Source: Methanomicrobiales archaeon
GTDB taxonomy: Archaea > Halobacteriota > Methanomicrobia > Methanomicrobiales > Methanospirillaceae
DNA: 64,000 nt
Assembly (NCBI GenBank): GCA_037137755.1
Contig: JBAXJR010000003.1
Location: 53,715-117,714 of the forward strand
Direction of reading: 5' to 3'
The notes beneath the pieces are model-generated. The model was not told where the DNA came from, did not search any database, and worked only from the letters and a program-made list of their open reading frames with translations. The position numbers and the translations under genes are program-made. Positions 10,367 to 21,171 of the stretch are shown here, in pieces; the stretch's first letter is position 1; every line of letters begins with the position of its first letter.

Positions 10367-11335
10367 TCACAGGTCCGGCATTTTAATGGCCATGTACCAT
10401 GCATGGGCAGCAAGGACGAAATAAATCGGGTAGTTAATTCCATATGTGTTAAATTCTCCATTTGTTGCAAATACAAGGGTTGTTGCATACACGTCGATCT
10501 GGAATATGATAATGCCCCACCATTTCCCAAGGTAGAAATACCCCATTCCCGGCAGGACGAAATTCAGGAACCCTGCAATGTAGGGATTCTTTCGTAGCCT
10601 GGGCCGTAATGAGAGGCCGCGTGGGAGATATGCAAGTGAGAGGCCGACACGCGGTGCAGCCTTTACCGCAGTCCACCGGACGTTATCACTCGCATCACTC
10701 AGTGAACGGTAAATTATGGGAATAGCCGTTTCTGACCCGATAGATCCCAGAGCCCGGACTGCCTTTTCCCGGATCTCACTGTCGGGATCGGTCATGGCCA
10801 CACTGAGGGGTTCAATCGCTGCCTCTCCAATAGCCACCATTTCCTTCCACTCCTGTTTCCCGAGGTGCAGATAGGCATGCAGGGTATCATTATCAGGCTG
10901 CCACTGGAATTTATCAAGGGCTACTGCAGCCCCGTACCTGACAAAACGGTCGCGGTCTTTCAATCCTTCCACGAGCGAGGGTATTGCCCGGTCATCTCCA
11001 ATCTCCCCGAGTGCAAGTGCTGCCTCCCACCGTACTTCGTTATCCGGGTCATGGATTGCATCCCTCAGGGGTTGCACCGCCTCTGTGGCCTTTATCTCAC
11101 CGAGTGCTTCCATAACACCAAGCCGGACATGCTTGTTTCGTGATTGTAATGCCACAAGCAGATGTTTCGTCCCATCCGTCCCCATCTCCCCAAGGGCTTC
11201 GGCGGCCCGCCACTGGATATCAAGGTCTTTATACGTGAGTGCCTGGATGAGACCGTGAATATCTTTGTGTTGTTTCAGCTGGTCGATATCAGGTGGTTCA
11301 GGCCGGAACATGCTCAGTAGTTTCAGTTGTACCAC
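10367..11335 (-). CDS. HEAT/PBS-lyase repeat protein with C-terminal TM2-like membrane anchor
   Basis: Repeated VR..AA.ALGEIGD..A...L units; C-terminal KNPYIAGFLNFVLPGMGYFYLG followed by hydrophobic helices. Confidence 0.85.
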   Translation of the reverse strand: MVQLKLLSMFRPEPPDIDQLKQHKDIHGLIQALTYKDLDIQWRAAEALGEMGTDGTKHLLVALQSRNKHVRLGVMEALGEIKATEAVQPLRDAIHDPDNEVRWEAALALGEIGDDRAIPSLVEGLKDRDRFVRYGAAVALDKFQWQPDNDTLHAYLHLGKQEWKEMVAIGEAAIEPLSVAMTDPDSEIREKAVRALGSIGSETAIPIIYRSLSDASDNVRWTAVKAAPRVGLSLAYLPRGLSLRPRLRKNPYIAGFLNFVLPGMGYFYLGKWWGIIIFQIDVYATTLVFATNGEFNTYGINYPIYFVLAAHAWYMAIKMPDL

Positions 11336-11455
11336 CTCAAGGTCAGGATGTCAGCGAAATTGCAGGTTATTCCTCCGTTGTTTTTATGGGAGGGATGGTC
11401 CCTTACTGAGGGGACTTTATTTTTGGGAGGCTGCAGGTCGGGGGCGTTCATGGTA

Positions 11456-12430
11456 TCACAATTCAGGGATTTTATTTCCAAGGTACCACGCATGCACAGC
11501 GAACGCTATCGAGTACGGCACTGACAACAGGGGGATCACAAGGAAGGGAAGGTGGCTGCCAGTGACTGCAATTGTCATTAAGTTTATCGTGATAAAGACC
11601 TGGAATAAGAGGAACCCGAACCAGTACCCGAGGTAATTGTACCCGATGCCAAGGAACATCAGGTTCAGGAGGGCTGCGATATATGGGCTTGGTTTCGTTT
11701 TTGGCCGCCTGGAGAGCCCCATGGGGAGAATGGTCAGCGGGATGCCGCATTTTGGGAATGAAAGTGCTGCCCGCTTACGGACAAACGCGTCAGGGTCACG
11801 CAGTGCAATACTGCAGGCACCCCGTGCATCCGGGGTATGGACTTCACCAAGCGAATCTACTGCTGCAGCCCGTACTCGTGGGTCCCGGTCTTTTAGTGCC
11901 CATAGCAACGGGGCACCCACCTCTTCTCCGAGTGGTGGGATTTTCTCCCATTCCTGCTTGGCGATATAATAATATGCCTGCACCGGGATTTCTGGAGGCT
12001 TCCACCCGAACGTATCAAGCGCAGTGGCCGCCCCGGACCTGACATATTTATCGGGATCCCGCAATGCGGTAACGATCGGAGCTATCGCGGATTCATCACC
12101 TGTTGCGGCAAGGGAGTATACAGCAGCCCACCGTACTTCGTTGCTCCGATCATTCCTGAGTAGTTCGATCAGGGGACCAACTGCCTTCCTGGAATGTATG
12201 ACTCCCAGCGCTTCAACTGCTCCAATGCGTACGGCAATATTCCTATGCTTCAGTGAAGAAATTAAGGGTGATACGGCAGGTTCGCCAATTTCTGCAAGTC
12301 TTTCGGCTGACTTTCTCTGTATATCCTGGTCAGGGTGACCGAGCAGCGATATGAGGTCCTTTGTAGTTCCACCTTCCAGTCTTCGATGGACTTCGGTGTC
12401 TCCCGGCCAAAATACCTTCTGGATATTCAC
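11456..12430 (-). CDS. HEAT/PBS-lyase repeat protein with C-terminal TM2-like membrane anchor (paralog of 10367..11335)
   Basis: Same repeat type and C-terminal SPYIAALLNLMFLGIGYNYLG...AVHAWY. Confidence 0.85.
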   Translation of the reverse strand: MNIQKVFWPGDTEVHRRLEGGTTKDLISLLGHPDQDIQRKSAERLAEIGEPAVSPLISSLKHRNIAVRIGAVEALGVIHSRKAVGPLIELLRNDRSNEVRWAAVYSLAATGDESAIAPIVTALRDPDKYVRSGAATALDTFGWKPPEIPVQAYYYIAKQEWEKIPPLGEEVGAPLLWALKDRDPRVRAAAVDSLGEVHTPDARGACSIALRDPDAFVRKRAALSFPKCGIPLTILPMGLSRRPKTKPSPYIAALLNLMFLGIGYNYLGYWFGFLLFQVFITINLMTIAVTGSHLPFLVIPLLSVPYSIAFAVHAWYLGNKIPEL

Positions 12431-12981
12431 ATACCACTCCGAATTTTCTTTTTGGGCGATAAGGTGTTATTCCGACAGCTGTTTCTTTAATTCCGGCTGC
12501 CCGATGAATTTCATCATCCTGAATATTCAGGTTACACAGAACATTCCGGCAGAACGATGTAATTCCGTCAATTCCTATTCACCGGTGCAAGCACAGCAAA
12601 TGGAACAGCCCGTTCGTGGTACAATGTAATTAGTCATTCAAACAGTCTGCGTTTTGAGTCGAATTCACGAAATTTATGCCAGTGTGGTACATCAATTCTG
12701 AATTGAGGTTAATTAACTGGTTCTATCAAAAACATATAAACGTTTGCGGGGTTCCTTTAACGCCAGATTCCATTTTTATTAATAATCAGTCTTTTAATAC
12801 CATCTGGACTTATTTACCCGGGAAATTTATGGTAACATTCACGTCCGAATGCATCGGAAAAGTTAGGGTTTTGAAATCCATTCCTCCATATACAGGTGGA
12901 CTAAAAAGATACAATAATTCGAAAAAAACCAGCGATAATTAAAGGATAATGGTTAAAATAGAAAGAAATTTACCCGGAGTA

Positions 12982-13905
12982 TTATAATTCGCTCGAATCT
13001 CCCAGCATCTTTACTAATAACGCTTTCTGGGCATGCAGGCGGTTTTCTGCTTCGTCCCAGACCACACTCTGCGGTCCTTCGATCACCTCATCCGTTATTT
13101 CATGTCCCCGGTGCGCGGGGAGGCAATGCATGACAATTGCATCGGGAGAGGCATTTTTTAATAAATTATTATCGACGGTATATCCCTGGAATGCCTTGAT
13201 ACGGACATCATATCGTGCTTCTTCTCCCATCGAGACCCAGGTATCTGTTACCACTACATCAGCATCCCTGACTGCCTGAACCGGGTCGTGCATCACTTCC
13301 ACCCGTCCGCCAAGTGATCTTGCTCTTTCAACTACCTCTTCTTTTGGTAAAAAGCCGACAGGACTTGCAATATTCACAATCATACCGGTAATCGCTGAAG
13401 ACAACACAAGCGAATTACAGACATTATTCCCATCACCCACCCAGGCAACTTTGATGTCGATCGTAGAACCAAAATGCTCCCAGATCGTGAGGATATCAGC
13501 AAGCAACTGGCATGGGTGCTCCTTGTCTGACAGCCCGTTAATAACCGGGACGTTCGAATACCTTGCAAAATCGACAATTGTCTGGTGTTTGTATGCACGG
13601 ATCATCAACCCTGATACATACCGTGAGGCTACCCGTGCCGTGTCCCTGATCTCTTCCCCACGGCCAATCTGGAGGTCCTGTGAGTTAAGGTAGAGTGCAT
13701 GCCCGCCAAGGTCATGCATACCTACTTCGAAGGAAAGCCTCGTTCGCGTTGAAGGCTTCTCAAATATCATCGCGAGTGCCTTTCTCGTGAGCAGTTCGTG
13801 AGGAGTCCCGGTGCTTTTCATTTTTTTGAGATGTTTCGCTTCTGCGAGGATCTTCTGCAATTCCTCTTCGGAAATATCAAGCAGCGAGAGAAGGTCTTTT
13901 TTCAT
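12982..13905 (-). CDS. argF: Ornithine carbamoyltransferase
   Basis: STRTR, HPCQ, GDGNN, WVSMG, HCLPA and AENRLH motifs. Confidence 0.95.
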   Translation of the reverse strand: MKKDLLSLLDISEEELQKILAEAKHLKKMKSTGTPHELLTRKALAMIFEKPSTRTRLSFEVGMHDLGGHALYLNSQDLQIGRGEEIRDTARVASRYVSGLMIRAYKHQTIVDFARYSNVPVINGLSDKEHPCQLLADILTIWEHFGSTIDIKVAWVGDGNNVCNSLVLSSAITGMIVNIASPVGFLPKEEVVERARSLGGRVEVMHDPVQAVRDADVVVTDTWVSMGEEARYDVRIKAFQGYTVDNNLLKNASPDAIVMHCLPAHRGHEITDEVIEGPQSVVWDEAENRLHAQKALLVKMLGDSSEL

Positions 13906-15194
13906 CGTATCTCCTTCATATGGTCTATTCGCTTTTGGAGCAGCGCTTGTGTGCCGATATCACGGCGGTGACTTACATCCCCGCTGACCGACGAGGCAGC
14001 TGATTCTGCAATTTTTTCTGCCTCATCAAGCGTGTCAGCCCTTCCGACAAATGCAAGGGTCCGTGATGTCTGGGTCAGGAGTTCGCTGTTGGTCAGCTCA
14101 ACATTAGCATAAAACAGCAGCGCATTGCCGTAATCCCCGAATGTGAGCTGCCTGCCGGTACGCGGGGTGTCAGGGTACCCTTCCGGAACAAGGTACTTAC
14201 AGACGGTAGCCTCCTTTGAAAATTTCACTGACCCCTGTGAGAGCGTCCCTTCTGTAATCCTGATCATTATGTCAGCCATATCAGATTCAAGGAGTGAAAG
14301 GACATTCATGGCTTCCGGGTCACCAAACCTGGCATTGAACTCAATCACCATCGGGCCGTTTTTGGTATTCATGAACTGGCCGTATAATATTCCCCGGTAC
14401 GGCTGCCCGATTTTTGCCATCACGGCTACCACGTCCTTCATGATACGAAGGGCCTTTTCCCGGTCTGTATGGGTAACAAACGGCAATGTATGGTCCGGCA
14501 TACTATAGGAGCCCATACCCCCCGTATTCGGGCCCTGGTCTCCTTCGAACGCACGTTTATGGTCCTGTACAAGGGGCATCGGCACCAGGTGTGCGCCGTC
14601 AACAAATGCCTGTAGGGTGAATTCTTCGCCGATGAGGCGTTCCTCAACAACGACCTGGCCTTCCAGCTGCTTTGCATAATCGATCGCACCGTTCCGGTCC
14701 ACGTGCTCTCCCATGATCCGTACACCTTTTCCACCGGTGAGGCCGATCGGCTTGATTGCGAGGTCCCCCGGGTACTGTGAAATGAAAGATACCGCATCTT
14801 CCTGGTCGTGAAAAACCCGGTATTTAGGGCATCCTGCCACCCCGTGACGGTCCATCATGACCCTGCAGAATCCTTTATCCGTCTCGAGACGGGCTGCTTC
14901 CCTCGTTGGGCCTACGCATGCGATCTGGCGGGACTCAAGCTCGTCGGCAATTCCTGCCTGCAGGGGGGCTTCGGGCCCGATAATCGCGCACTGGACACCA
15001 ACACCTGATGCAAAATCCGCGATCCGTTTGACATTCGTCTCATTCTCCACAAGGACTCGTTCAGAAACAGACCAGATACCCGGGTTTTTCTTAGCCATTA
15101 CTGAATAAAGTTCTACTTCGCTGTTGCGGGATAGGACGCTTGCTATCGCGTGCTCCCTGCCTCCTCCTCCCACAACCAGGATCTTCAATGTCAT
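13902..15194 (-). CDS. purD: Phosphoribosylamine-glycine ligase
   Basis: [22 protein letters not shown] and [10 protein letters not shown] motifs. Confidence 0.95.
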   Translation of the reverse strand: MTLKILVVGGGGREHAIASVLSRNSEVELYSVMAKKNPGIWSVSERVLVENETNVKRIADFASGVGVQCAIIGPEAPLQAGIADELESRQIACVGPTREAARLETDKGFCRVMMDRHGVAGCPKYRVFHDQEDAVSFISQYPGDLAIKPIGLTGGKGVRIMGEHVDRNGAIDYAKQLEGQVVVEERLIGEEFTLQAFVDGAHLVPMPLVQDHKRAFEGDQGPNTGGMGSYSMPDHTLPFVTHTDREKALRIMKDVVAVMAKIGQPYRGILYGQFMNTKNGPMVIEFNARFGDPEAMNVLSLLESDMADIMIRITEGTLSQGSVKFSKEATVCKYLVPEGYPDTPRTGRQLTFGDYGNALLFYANVELTNSELLTQTSRTLAFVGRADTLDEAEKIAESAASSVSGDVSHRRDIGTQALLQKRIDHMKEIR

Positions 15195-15223
15195 GTATCA
15201 GACCTACCGTCTATTACTACTGG

Positions 15224-15736
15224 TTACTCTCTGGTTATCTCGCTTGCTTTAACTAGTGCATGCAATGTCACGTTATCCTTTGCCAGTGCAGCGGTGGCGC
15301 CCTGCTCCCTGTCGACCACGGTCACGACGCTACTGATACTGGCACCTGCTTCCCGGAGTGCGTGTACACCGTATATCGCTGAGCCGCCTGAGGTTGTCAC
15401 ATCCTCAACGAGAAGGACATTTCTGCCGTTCACATCCCCGATCAATCTGCCACTTTTTCCATGGTCCTTCTCCGCACTCCTGATGATTGCATACGGACGT
15501 TTACCGATAAGTGACACCCCGACGGCGAGCGGGACTCCCCCTACAGCGACACCGGCTACAATTTCTGATGGGAACCTGACTGCAATTTCCTCGCAGATGA
15601 GCTCCAGCAGGACAGGGTCCGTCATTGCCGATTTGATGTCCAGGTAATACGAGCTGGTCTCACCTGATGCAAGAATAAAATGGCCGTATTCAACTGCACC
15701 ATGGCGGATAAGTGCGTCTGCGATCCCGTTTACCAT
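15224..15736 (-). CDS. pyrE: Orotate phosphoribosyltransferase
   Basis: F.LASG..S.YY.D, KDHG and PRPP loop LLVEDVTTSGGS. Confidence 0.92.
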   Translation of the reverse strand: MVNGIADALIRHGAVEYGHFILASGETSSYYLDIKSAMTDPVLLELICEEIAVRFPSEIVAGVAVGGVPLAVGVSLIGKRPYAIIRSAEKDHGKSGRLIGDVNGRNVLLVEDVTTSGGSAIYGVHALREAGASISSVVTVVDREQGATAALAKDNVTLHALVKASEITRE

Positions 15737-15773
15737 GCTATTCCCTCACTCTGTATTTCGTCTTTCATTCCGA

Positions 15774-16367
15774 TTACCATGGGACCTCCTTCACGCCAGC
15801 CAGGTACCCGATGATATTGGTAGCACGGTGGAGCAGGGGCGTAATAATAAGGATTATTATCACAATCGGGATAGTCATTACGCTGAAAAACCACTGCGGA
15901 TCGAATACGGCTGTAAGAAGAAATGCCCCAACCACCAGGTCATACTGGTCTGCTACCGGCCAGGGGTCCCCTGAATTCTTACCGAGACGACGTTTGAAAA
16001 AACTCTTTCCAAGATCACCAAGCAGTGCACCGGTTGCAAGGAGGAACACTGCGGGCATGGTGAGGACAGGAAAAAAATCCCAGTTGAAATATGACGCGAG
16101 TACAATCTGGACTGCCCCGGTAATGACCCCGCATGCAATCCCTATAACAAGGCCTCTCCATGTCTTTCCACTCCCGAAGAGTCTTCTCCCGTCGTTAAAA
16201 TTTTTCCCCCCGTCGATGGGTGCGCCCCCCCCGAATGCAGCTGCCGAGGAGTTTGGGATATAAGCGGGTAACATTATCCAAAGAGCGGAAACCAATGCTA
16301 TTATTATTGTTTCGATACTAATAGTTGGAGCACCCCAATACCTAAAATAAAGAGCAGGTATAAACAT
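15774..16367 (-). CDS. carS: CDP-archaeol synthase (UPF0290); true start probably downstream of the ORF-track start
   Basis: PAYIPN, PIDGG...DGRRLFG.GKTWRG, GDL.KSFFKRRLG, DQYD and KEVPW motifs. Confidence 0.9.
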   Translation of the reverse strand: MFIPALYFRYWGAPTISIETIIIALVSALWIMLPAYIPNSSAAAFGGGAPIDGGKNFNDGRRLFGSGKTWRGLVIGIACGVITGAVQIVLASYFNWDFFPVLTMPAVFLLATGALLGDLGKSFFKRRLGKNSGDPWPVADQYDLVVGAFLLTAVFDPQWFFSVMTIPIVIIILIITPLLHRATNIIGYLAGVKEVPW

Positions 16368-16418
16368 TAAGGTATCGAAGGGAGAAATTCCTCGGAAGGA
16401 TGCATTGGTTTGAGTATT

Positions 16419-17882
16419 ATGCTGATCAAAAAGACGAAGAGCCTGTGCCCTGTCTGCAATACCGTGATTGATGCGGAAATTGTGGAGGAAGAAGGCGGGG
16501 TATGGATACGCCGTTCATGTCGGGAGCATGGATCATTCCGTGATCTCTACTGGTCTGACGTGGATATGTACCGCAGGTTCGATAACTATGAGAATATCGG
16601 GTCGGGAGTCGATAACCCGCAGCGTGATGGTTCGGAGGAGGCCTGCCCTACCAATTGTGGACTTTGCAGCAACCATAAATCTGCCACTCTTCTTGCGAAT
16701 ATTGACCTCACAAACCGTTGCAATTTAAACTGTGACTTCTGTTTCGCAAATGCCCGTGCCTGTGGATATATTTATGAGCCCACTTTTGACCAGATTGTTG
16801 AGATGCTCAAACTCCTCAGGAATGAAAAACCAGTTCCAGCCCCGGCGGTGCAGTTCTCCGGTGGTGAGCCTACCATGCGCGAAGACCTGCCGGAGATTAT
16901 CAGGAAGGCGAAAGAACTCGGGTTTCCACAGGTACAGCTCGCTTCGAACGGCATAAAAATTGCAAAAGATATTGCCTATGCCCAGGCACTTAAAGACGCA
17001 GGGCTCTCAACCATTTATCTCCATTTTGACGGTGTAACCCGGGATACCAACCCGAACCTTGCAATCGATGAAAAAGCTGTTGCAAACTGCCAGAAAATCG
17101 GCCTGGGTATCGTGCTCGTCCCCACAATAATCAGGGGACGGAATGACCACCAGATAGGGGACATCATCCGGTACGCAGCCGACCACATATCAGCTGTCCG
17201 CGGTGTTAATTTCCAGCCGATTGCATTTACCGGTGCGGCCAGCCAGGACGATGTTATCAGGGAAAGGATTACGGTCCCGGACATATCCGCAGCTGTTGAG
17301 AAACAGACCGATGGTGTAATCAGGAAATCTGACTTTTACCCGATTCCCTGTGTGTTACCCATATCAGCCTTATTTGAAGCGTACGGGGGAAAACCCCAGA
17401 TACAGTTCACCGCCCACCAGCACTGCGGGGCTGCCACCTATGTATTTGTAACAAAAGAAGGCCTGGTCCCTATAAACCGCATGCTTGACGTAGACCAGTT
17501 CTTTGAATCTGTTGATACGATGGCTGAAAAACTGAAAAAAGGAGGGTCCATTAATAAGTACAAGACCCTGCTTGAGGGGATCAAGGGACTCCATGATTCC
17601 GTGAAGAACAGCGAACAGGGAAGTGCAATAGACTTCTGGAAACTTATCGGGAAAGCCCTCTTGTTGCAGAATTTTGATGCATTAAGGGAGTTTCACTGGA
17701 ATGCACTCTTCATAGGCACCATGCATTTCATGGACCGGTATAACTACGACATCTGTCGTGTCCAGAGGTGCTGTATCCACTATGCAACCCCAGACGGGAC
17801 ACTCATACCGTTCTGCACCTATAACTCAGGGCCTGTATACCGGGAACAGGTCTGGCAGCGATGGAAAAAAACTGAAGAATAA
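16419..17882 (+). CDS. tes: Tetraether lipid synthase (Tes/GDGT-MAS, MJ0619-type radical SAM)
   Basis: N-terminal TKSLCPVC...C.EHG, CPTNCGLC..H, radical SAM CNLNCDFC, C-terminal RCCIHY...IPFCTYN; divergent from carS. Confidence 0.8.
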   Translation: MLIKKTKSLCPVCNTVIDAEIVEEEGGVWIRRSCREHGSFRDLYWSDVDMYRRFDNYENIGSGVDNPQRDGSEEACPTNCGLCSNHKSATLLANIDLTNRCNLNCDFCFANARACGYIYEPTFDQIVEMLKLLRNEKPVPAPAVQFSGGEPTMREDLPEIIRKAKELGFPQVQLASNGIKIAKDIAYAQALKDAGLSTIYLHFDGVTRDTNPNLAIDEKAVANCQKIGLGIVLVPTIIRGRNDHQIGDIIRYAADHISAVRGVNFQPIAFTGAASQDDVIRERITVPDISAAVEKQTDGVIRKSDFYPIPCVLPISALFEAYGGKPQIQFTAHQHCGAATYVFVTKEGLVPINRMLDVDQFFESVDTMAEKLKKGGSINKYKTLLEGIKGLHDSVKNSEQGSAIDFWKLIGKALLLQNFDALREFHWNALFIGTMHFMDRYNYDICRVQRCCIHYATPDGTLIPFCTYNSGPVYREQVWQRWKKTEE

Positions 17883-18027
17883 TCAATCCCCTAATCCTGT
17901 AGATACGGAAAATACCAATGTTTTTTTTAAACACACAGTTGACTGTGAATAATTTTGAAAAAGGTTTTGCGGTTTTGAATACGTATGAGAAGGAAATATT
18001 TCCAAAATAGTCTGAACGGGACCAACA

Positions 18028-18147
18028 TTAGCTAAAACTACTCAGCCAGATACTAAAGAAAAATGCAATGATACCAATACAGATTACAATAATCCATAAA
18101 TTTGGATAAATCCATTGTTGATAACATGATGAATTTTGCCAATTCAT
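18028..18147 (-). CDS. Putative 39-aa single-pass membrane protein (below the ORF-track cutoff)
   Basis: MNWQNSSCYQQWIYPNLWIIVICIGIIAFFFSIWLSSFS*; GAGGG 5 nt upstream of ATG and an AT-rich TATA-like TTTATTAAATA about 21-31 nt upstream. Confidence 0.35.
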   Translation of the reverse strand: MNWQNSSCYQQWIYPNLWIIVICIGIIAFFFSIWLSSFS

Positions 18148-18385
18148 TACAACCCTCTTGAAGGATTTATTTAATAAATTCTCTGCCAATTCTGAATATT
18201 CCCCTAAATCATGTTTTTTATTTTTAAAAAATATATTTCAAACTGCAGACTGTTGCTACAATTAAAAAATGGGAACACCCATTCGGGTACCTTCTTGCAC
18301 AAATCCCGTTTAGAAAACCGGCGGGTGGGAAATGTCAGGTGTTTTGGCCCGGTTCTTTGTACATCTGGCATGCAATATTTTCTTC

Positions 18386-19321
18386 CTACGGGAATTCCAG
18401 TTCCAGGAATTCTCCATGTTTCATGGCGATCGAAGCGATGGCAAGGTCCTGGATAGCAAGGCCTGTAGAGTCAAAGACTGTAATCTGCCCGCTGTTTACT
18501 CTCTTCTTCCGGCCCAGAACAACTTCGCCAAGAGTTCCTGAAATCTCTTCAGGGGAATACCATCCCTGCCTGATCGGGACATTGATCTCGCCCGAATGAA
18601 CCGCCTGAACAGGGTCATCGACGATTACCATTGCCCGTTTGAGAATAGCGGGGTCAAGTTCTTCTTTCCCAGGAGCGTCCGCCCCGATTGCATTGATATG
18701 TGTCCCCTCGTGGACCCATTCATCCATTACAACGGGTGTCTGTGAAGGGGTGGTTGTAACAATCACGTCGCTATCGCAGACAAAGGGTAGTGTACCGGTC
18801 CTGCAGTCAAAGCGGGAATACCTTGTGCAGAAATTATCAGATGACACTTCTTTCCTGCTCCATACACGGACCCTGGTCACTTCAATTTCACGGGATATCG
18901 CCTCGAGCTGGGCTGCTGCCTGGCGCCCGGTGCCAACCAGGCCAACCGTAACCGATTTTTTCCCGGCAAGATATTTTGTTGCGATAGCACCTGCGGCCCC
19001 GGTCCTCAAATCAGTCAGCCCCGTGGCATTCAGTATAGCAATGGGAAGACCTGTCGCAATATCAAGTATTGTGGTAAGCGCCATGACCGTAGGGAGACCC
19101 TTACCCGGGTTTCCGGGGTGGACATTTACACATTTTATTCCAGCCAGTTGCTCTGCGGGTATATACGCCGGCATTGTCCTGAAATCGCCGTTTGGAAATG
19201 TAATATAGACTTTAGGTGGCATCTGGACGTTACCCACCCCATGTTCCCGGAATGCTGCTTCTACGGCGATATTTACCTCGTGGATATCAAGTCCGGAGTC
19301 GGGTCTTGGATAATATTTCAT
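18386..19321 (-). CDS. Archaeal alanine dehydrogenase / ornithine cyclodeaminase family protein
   Basis: MPPKVY, GDFRTMPAY, LTDLRTGAAG, GTGRQA, INAIGAD and FDSTGLAIQD motifs; start taken at ATG 19321. Confidence 0.88.
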   Translation of the reverse strand: MKYYPRPDSGLDIHEVNIAVEAAFREHGVGNVQMPPKVYITFPNGDFRTMPAYIPAEQLAGIKCVNVHPGNPGKGLPTVMALTTILDIATGLPIAILNATGLTDLRTGAAGAIATKYLAGKKSVTVGLVGTGRQAAAQLEAISREIEVTRVRVWSRKEVSSDNFCTRYSRFDCRTGTLPFVCDSDVIVTTTPSQTPVVMDEWVHEGTHINAIGADAPGKEELDPAILKRAMVIVDDPVQAVHSGEINVPIRQGWYSPEEISGTLGEVVLGRKKRVNSGQITVFDSTGLAIQDLAIASIAMKHGEFLELEFP

Positions 19322-19627
19322 GGTGTAATCAGGTCTCCTGCCCGGCCTCACGGGATATTCAGACAAGAAATTGATCGGGATAATCAAATAGCTTACCTGT
19401 CTTCCACATTGTATCTATCAGGCATTATCCGGGTGTAAAGAAAAAAAGGATACTGTGTTAAAAATGCATCGAGTGACGTAACAGGAAGATTTCATCGAAA
19501 AACAACCTACATGGAGAATTATACCCGTCCCTGTTTCCAAATGAGGATTATTTTTGATAATCGAAGATTGCAGGCCATAGTATCCAGGAAAAAAGATGAT
19601 TTGACTCAGGCTTAACATTTCCAGGGC

Positions 19628-19858
19628 TTAATGATCATTATCAATATGCATGATAACGTTCGCATAACCTGTACCCCTGCAGGTAGTGCACCTGCAACAT
19701 CCGGCTATTCCGGTTCCATAACAGCACGCACAACGGGTGGCGGGTTGAGAAACCATGATAAACCCTTTGCCTTCGCAGGCAGGGCATGTCATACAACCGA
19801 TCTTCCCATCTCCCCTGCAATATGCGCAACTTTTCTTTAGAACCCCGGATATTTCCAT
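19628..19858 (-). CDS. Stand-alone DnaJ-type CxxCxGxG zinc-finger protein
   Basis: Four CxxCxGxG repeats: CAYCRGDG, CPACEGKG, CACCYGTG, CTTCRGTG. Confidence 0.7.
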   Translation of the reverse strand: MEISGVLKKSCAYCRGDGKIGCMTCPACEGKGFIMVSQPATRCACCYGTGIAGCCRCTTCRGTGYANVIMHIDNDH

Positions 19859-20196
19859 GATTACCTATAGAACCGGGCCAAAAAATAAACATGCCGGACC
19901 TGTTGGTAAGCAGAATGATATTCAGTTTTTCTGTTTCTGCAAACCTTATCCAGCCGATTGAACATTTAAATAATTATAAATCCAGAAATTTTATTCGAAA
20001 AATCTGATATCCTCATCTCTCATTCACCTGAAACTAAATTTCTGGTATTTATTTCTGAAGCATTAAGGGACGGAAAAATATAGTGCGATATTCCGGATCC
20101 GGGTTTCCCATTGATTTATCTAGGACAACATAATCGTGATTAATAGTGAGCCGCAACAAATTATGTCATCAGGGATATTGTGCAGAGGAGAGCCTC

Positions 20197-20991
20197 ATGA
20201 TCACTATCATACCAAAACCAACCGATACCGCAGGTGATAATTCTACCTCAATGGTTGCTGAAGAACTCACCAAAGCCGGCGCAGCCTATACGTTTATAAA
20301 TCCTGATTCCATTGACCCTCTTTCAGATCCCTGCTCTGGTGAACTGATCTGGGTATGCGGGCTCCGCCAGGATGACCACCAGTTCGAGGTGATCAATGCC
20401 CTTTCTGTTGATAATCTTGTTGTCAACTCCCCTGATTCGATATTTACCTGCGCGAGTAAAGTAAAAACATCTGCACAATTGATAAAAAAACGCATAAGGA
20501 CGCCGGATACCCTTTTCACTGCTTCTGCGGAAATTGCTGGACGTTTTATTGAAACGCATGGCAGGGTGGTATACAAACCCGTGTACGGGTATGACGGAAA
20601 TGGTATCCGCCTGATCAAAACAGCTGGAGAACTTGGGTCCGGCCCCTATTATCTCCAGGAATATGTCCCAAATGACCGGGACTACCGGATTTTTGTTATT
20701 AACGGGAGATCAGTCGGTGCAATTGTACGTCGTTCTGATTCCCTTGCGCATAATATTCACCAGGGAGGTATCGGTATCCCGGTCGAGATAGACCCCGAGA
20801 TGGATGCAATGGCCGGGGAAGCAGCCATGGCGGTCGGGGTCGATTACGGGGGTGTTGACCTTCTCAAAGATGATGATGGTTATACGGTGCTTGAAGTAAA
20901 CGGGACTCCCAACTGGCACTGCATGAGCGCCCCTATACCGAGACTCCTTGCAGAATACCTTATCGCGAAGCAACGACAGTCCAGGTGTTAA
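20197..20991 (+). CDS. RimK-family ATP-grasp alpha-L-glutamate ligase (cofactor or protein glutamylation)
   Basis: YKPVYGYDG.G, LQEYV...DYR.FV, NIHQGG, GVDLL and LEVNGTP motifs. Confidence 0.85.
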   Translation: MITIIPKPTDTAGDNSTSMVAEELTKAGAAYTFINPDSIDPLSDPCSGELIWVCGLRQDDHQFEVINALSVDNLVVNSPDSIFTCASKVKTSAQLIKKRIRTPDTLFTASAEIAGRFIETHGRVVYKPVYGYDGNGIRLIKTAGELGSGPYYLQEYVPNDRDYRIFVINGRSVGAIVRRSDSLAHNIHQGGIGIPVEIDPEMDAMAGEAAMAVGVDYGGVDLLKDDDGYTVLEVNGTPNWHCMSAPIPRLLAEYLIAKQRQSRC

Positions 20992-21171
20992 TCGCAAAAG
21001 ATTAGTTTTTTGGCTCTGGCCCTGTTGATAACAAAGAAAAATCGCCTCTTCGCTGTTTCGTGTGGGTAAATAACCTGAACATAAGATATCTACAAATAAA
21101 ATCTAAAGGCAATAAAGCATTAGAATTGAAAAATAGCCTTCAATATTGGAAATACTATGAATAATTGCATC

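Noticed and set aside
12431-12981. 550-bp spacer with ORFs 12351..12629 and 12676..12942
   Set aside because: No recognisable motifs, repeats or structure.
17934-17947. Palindrome CACAGT-TG-ACTGTG downstream of tes
   Set aside because: Single occurrence with no associated promoter or second copy seen.
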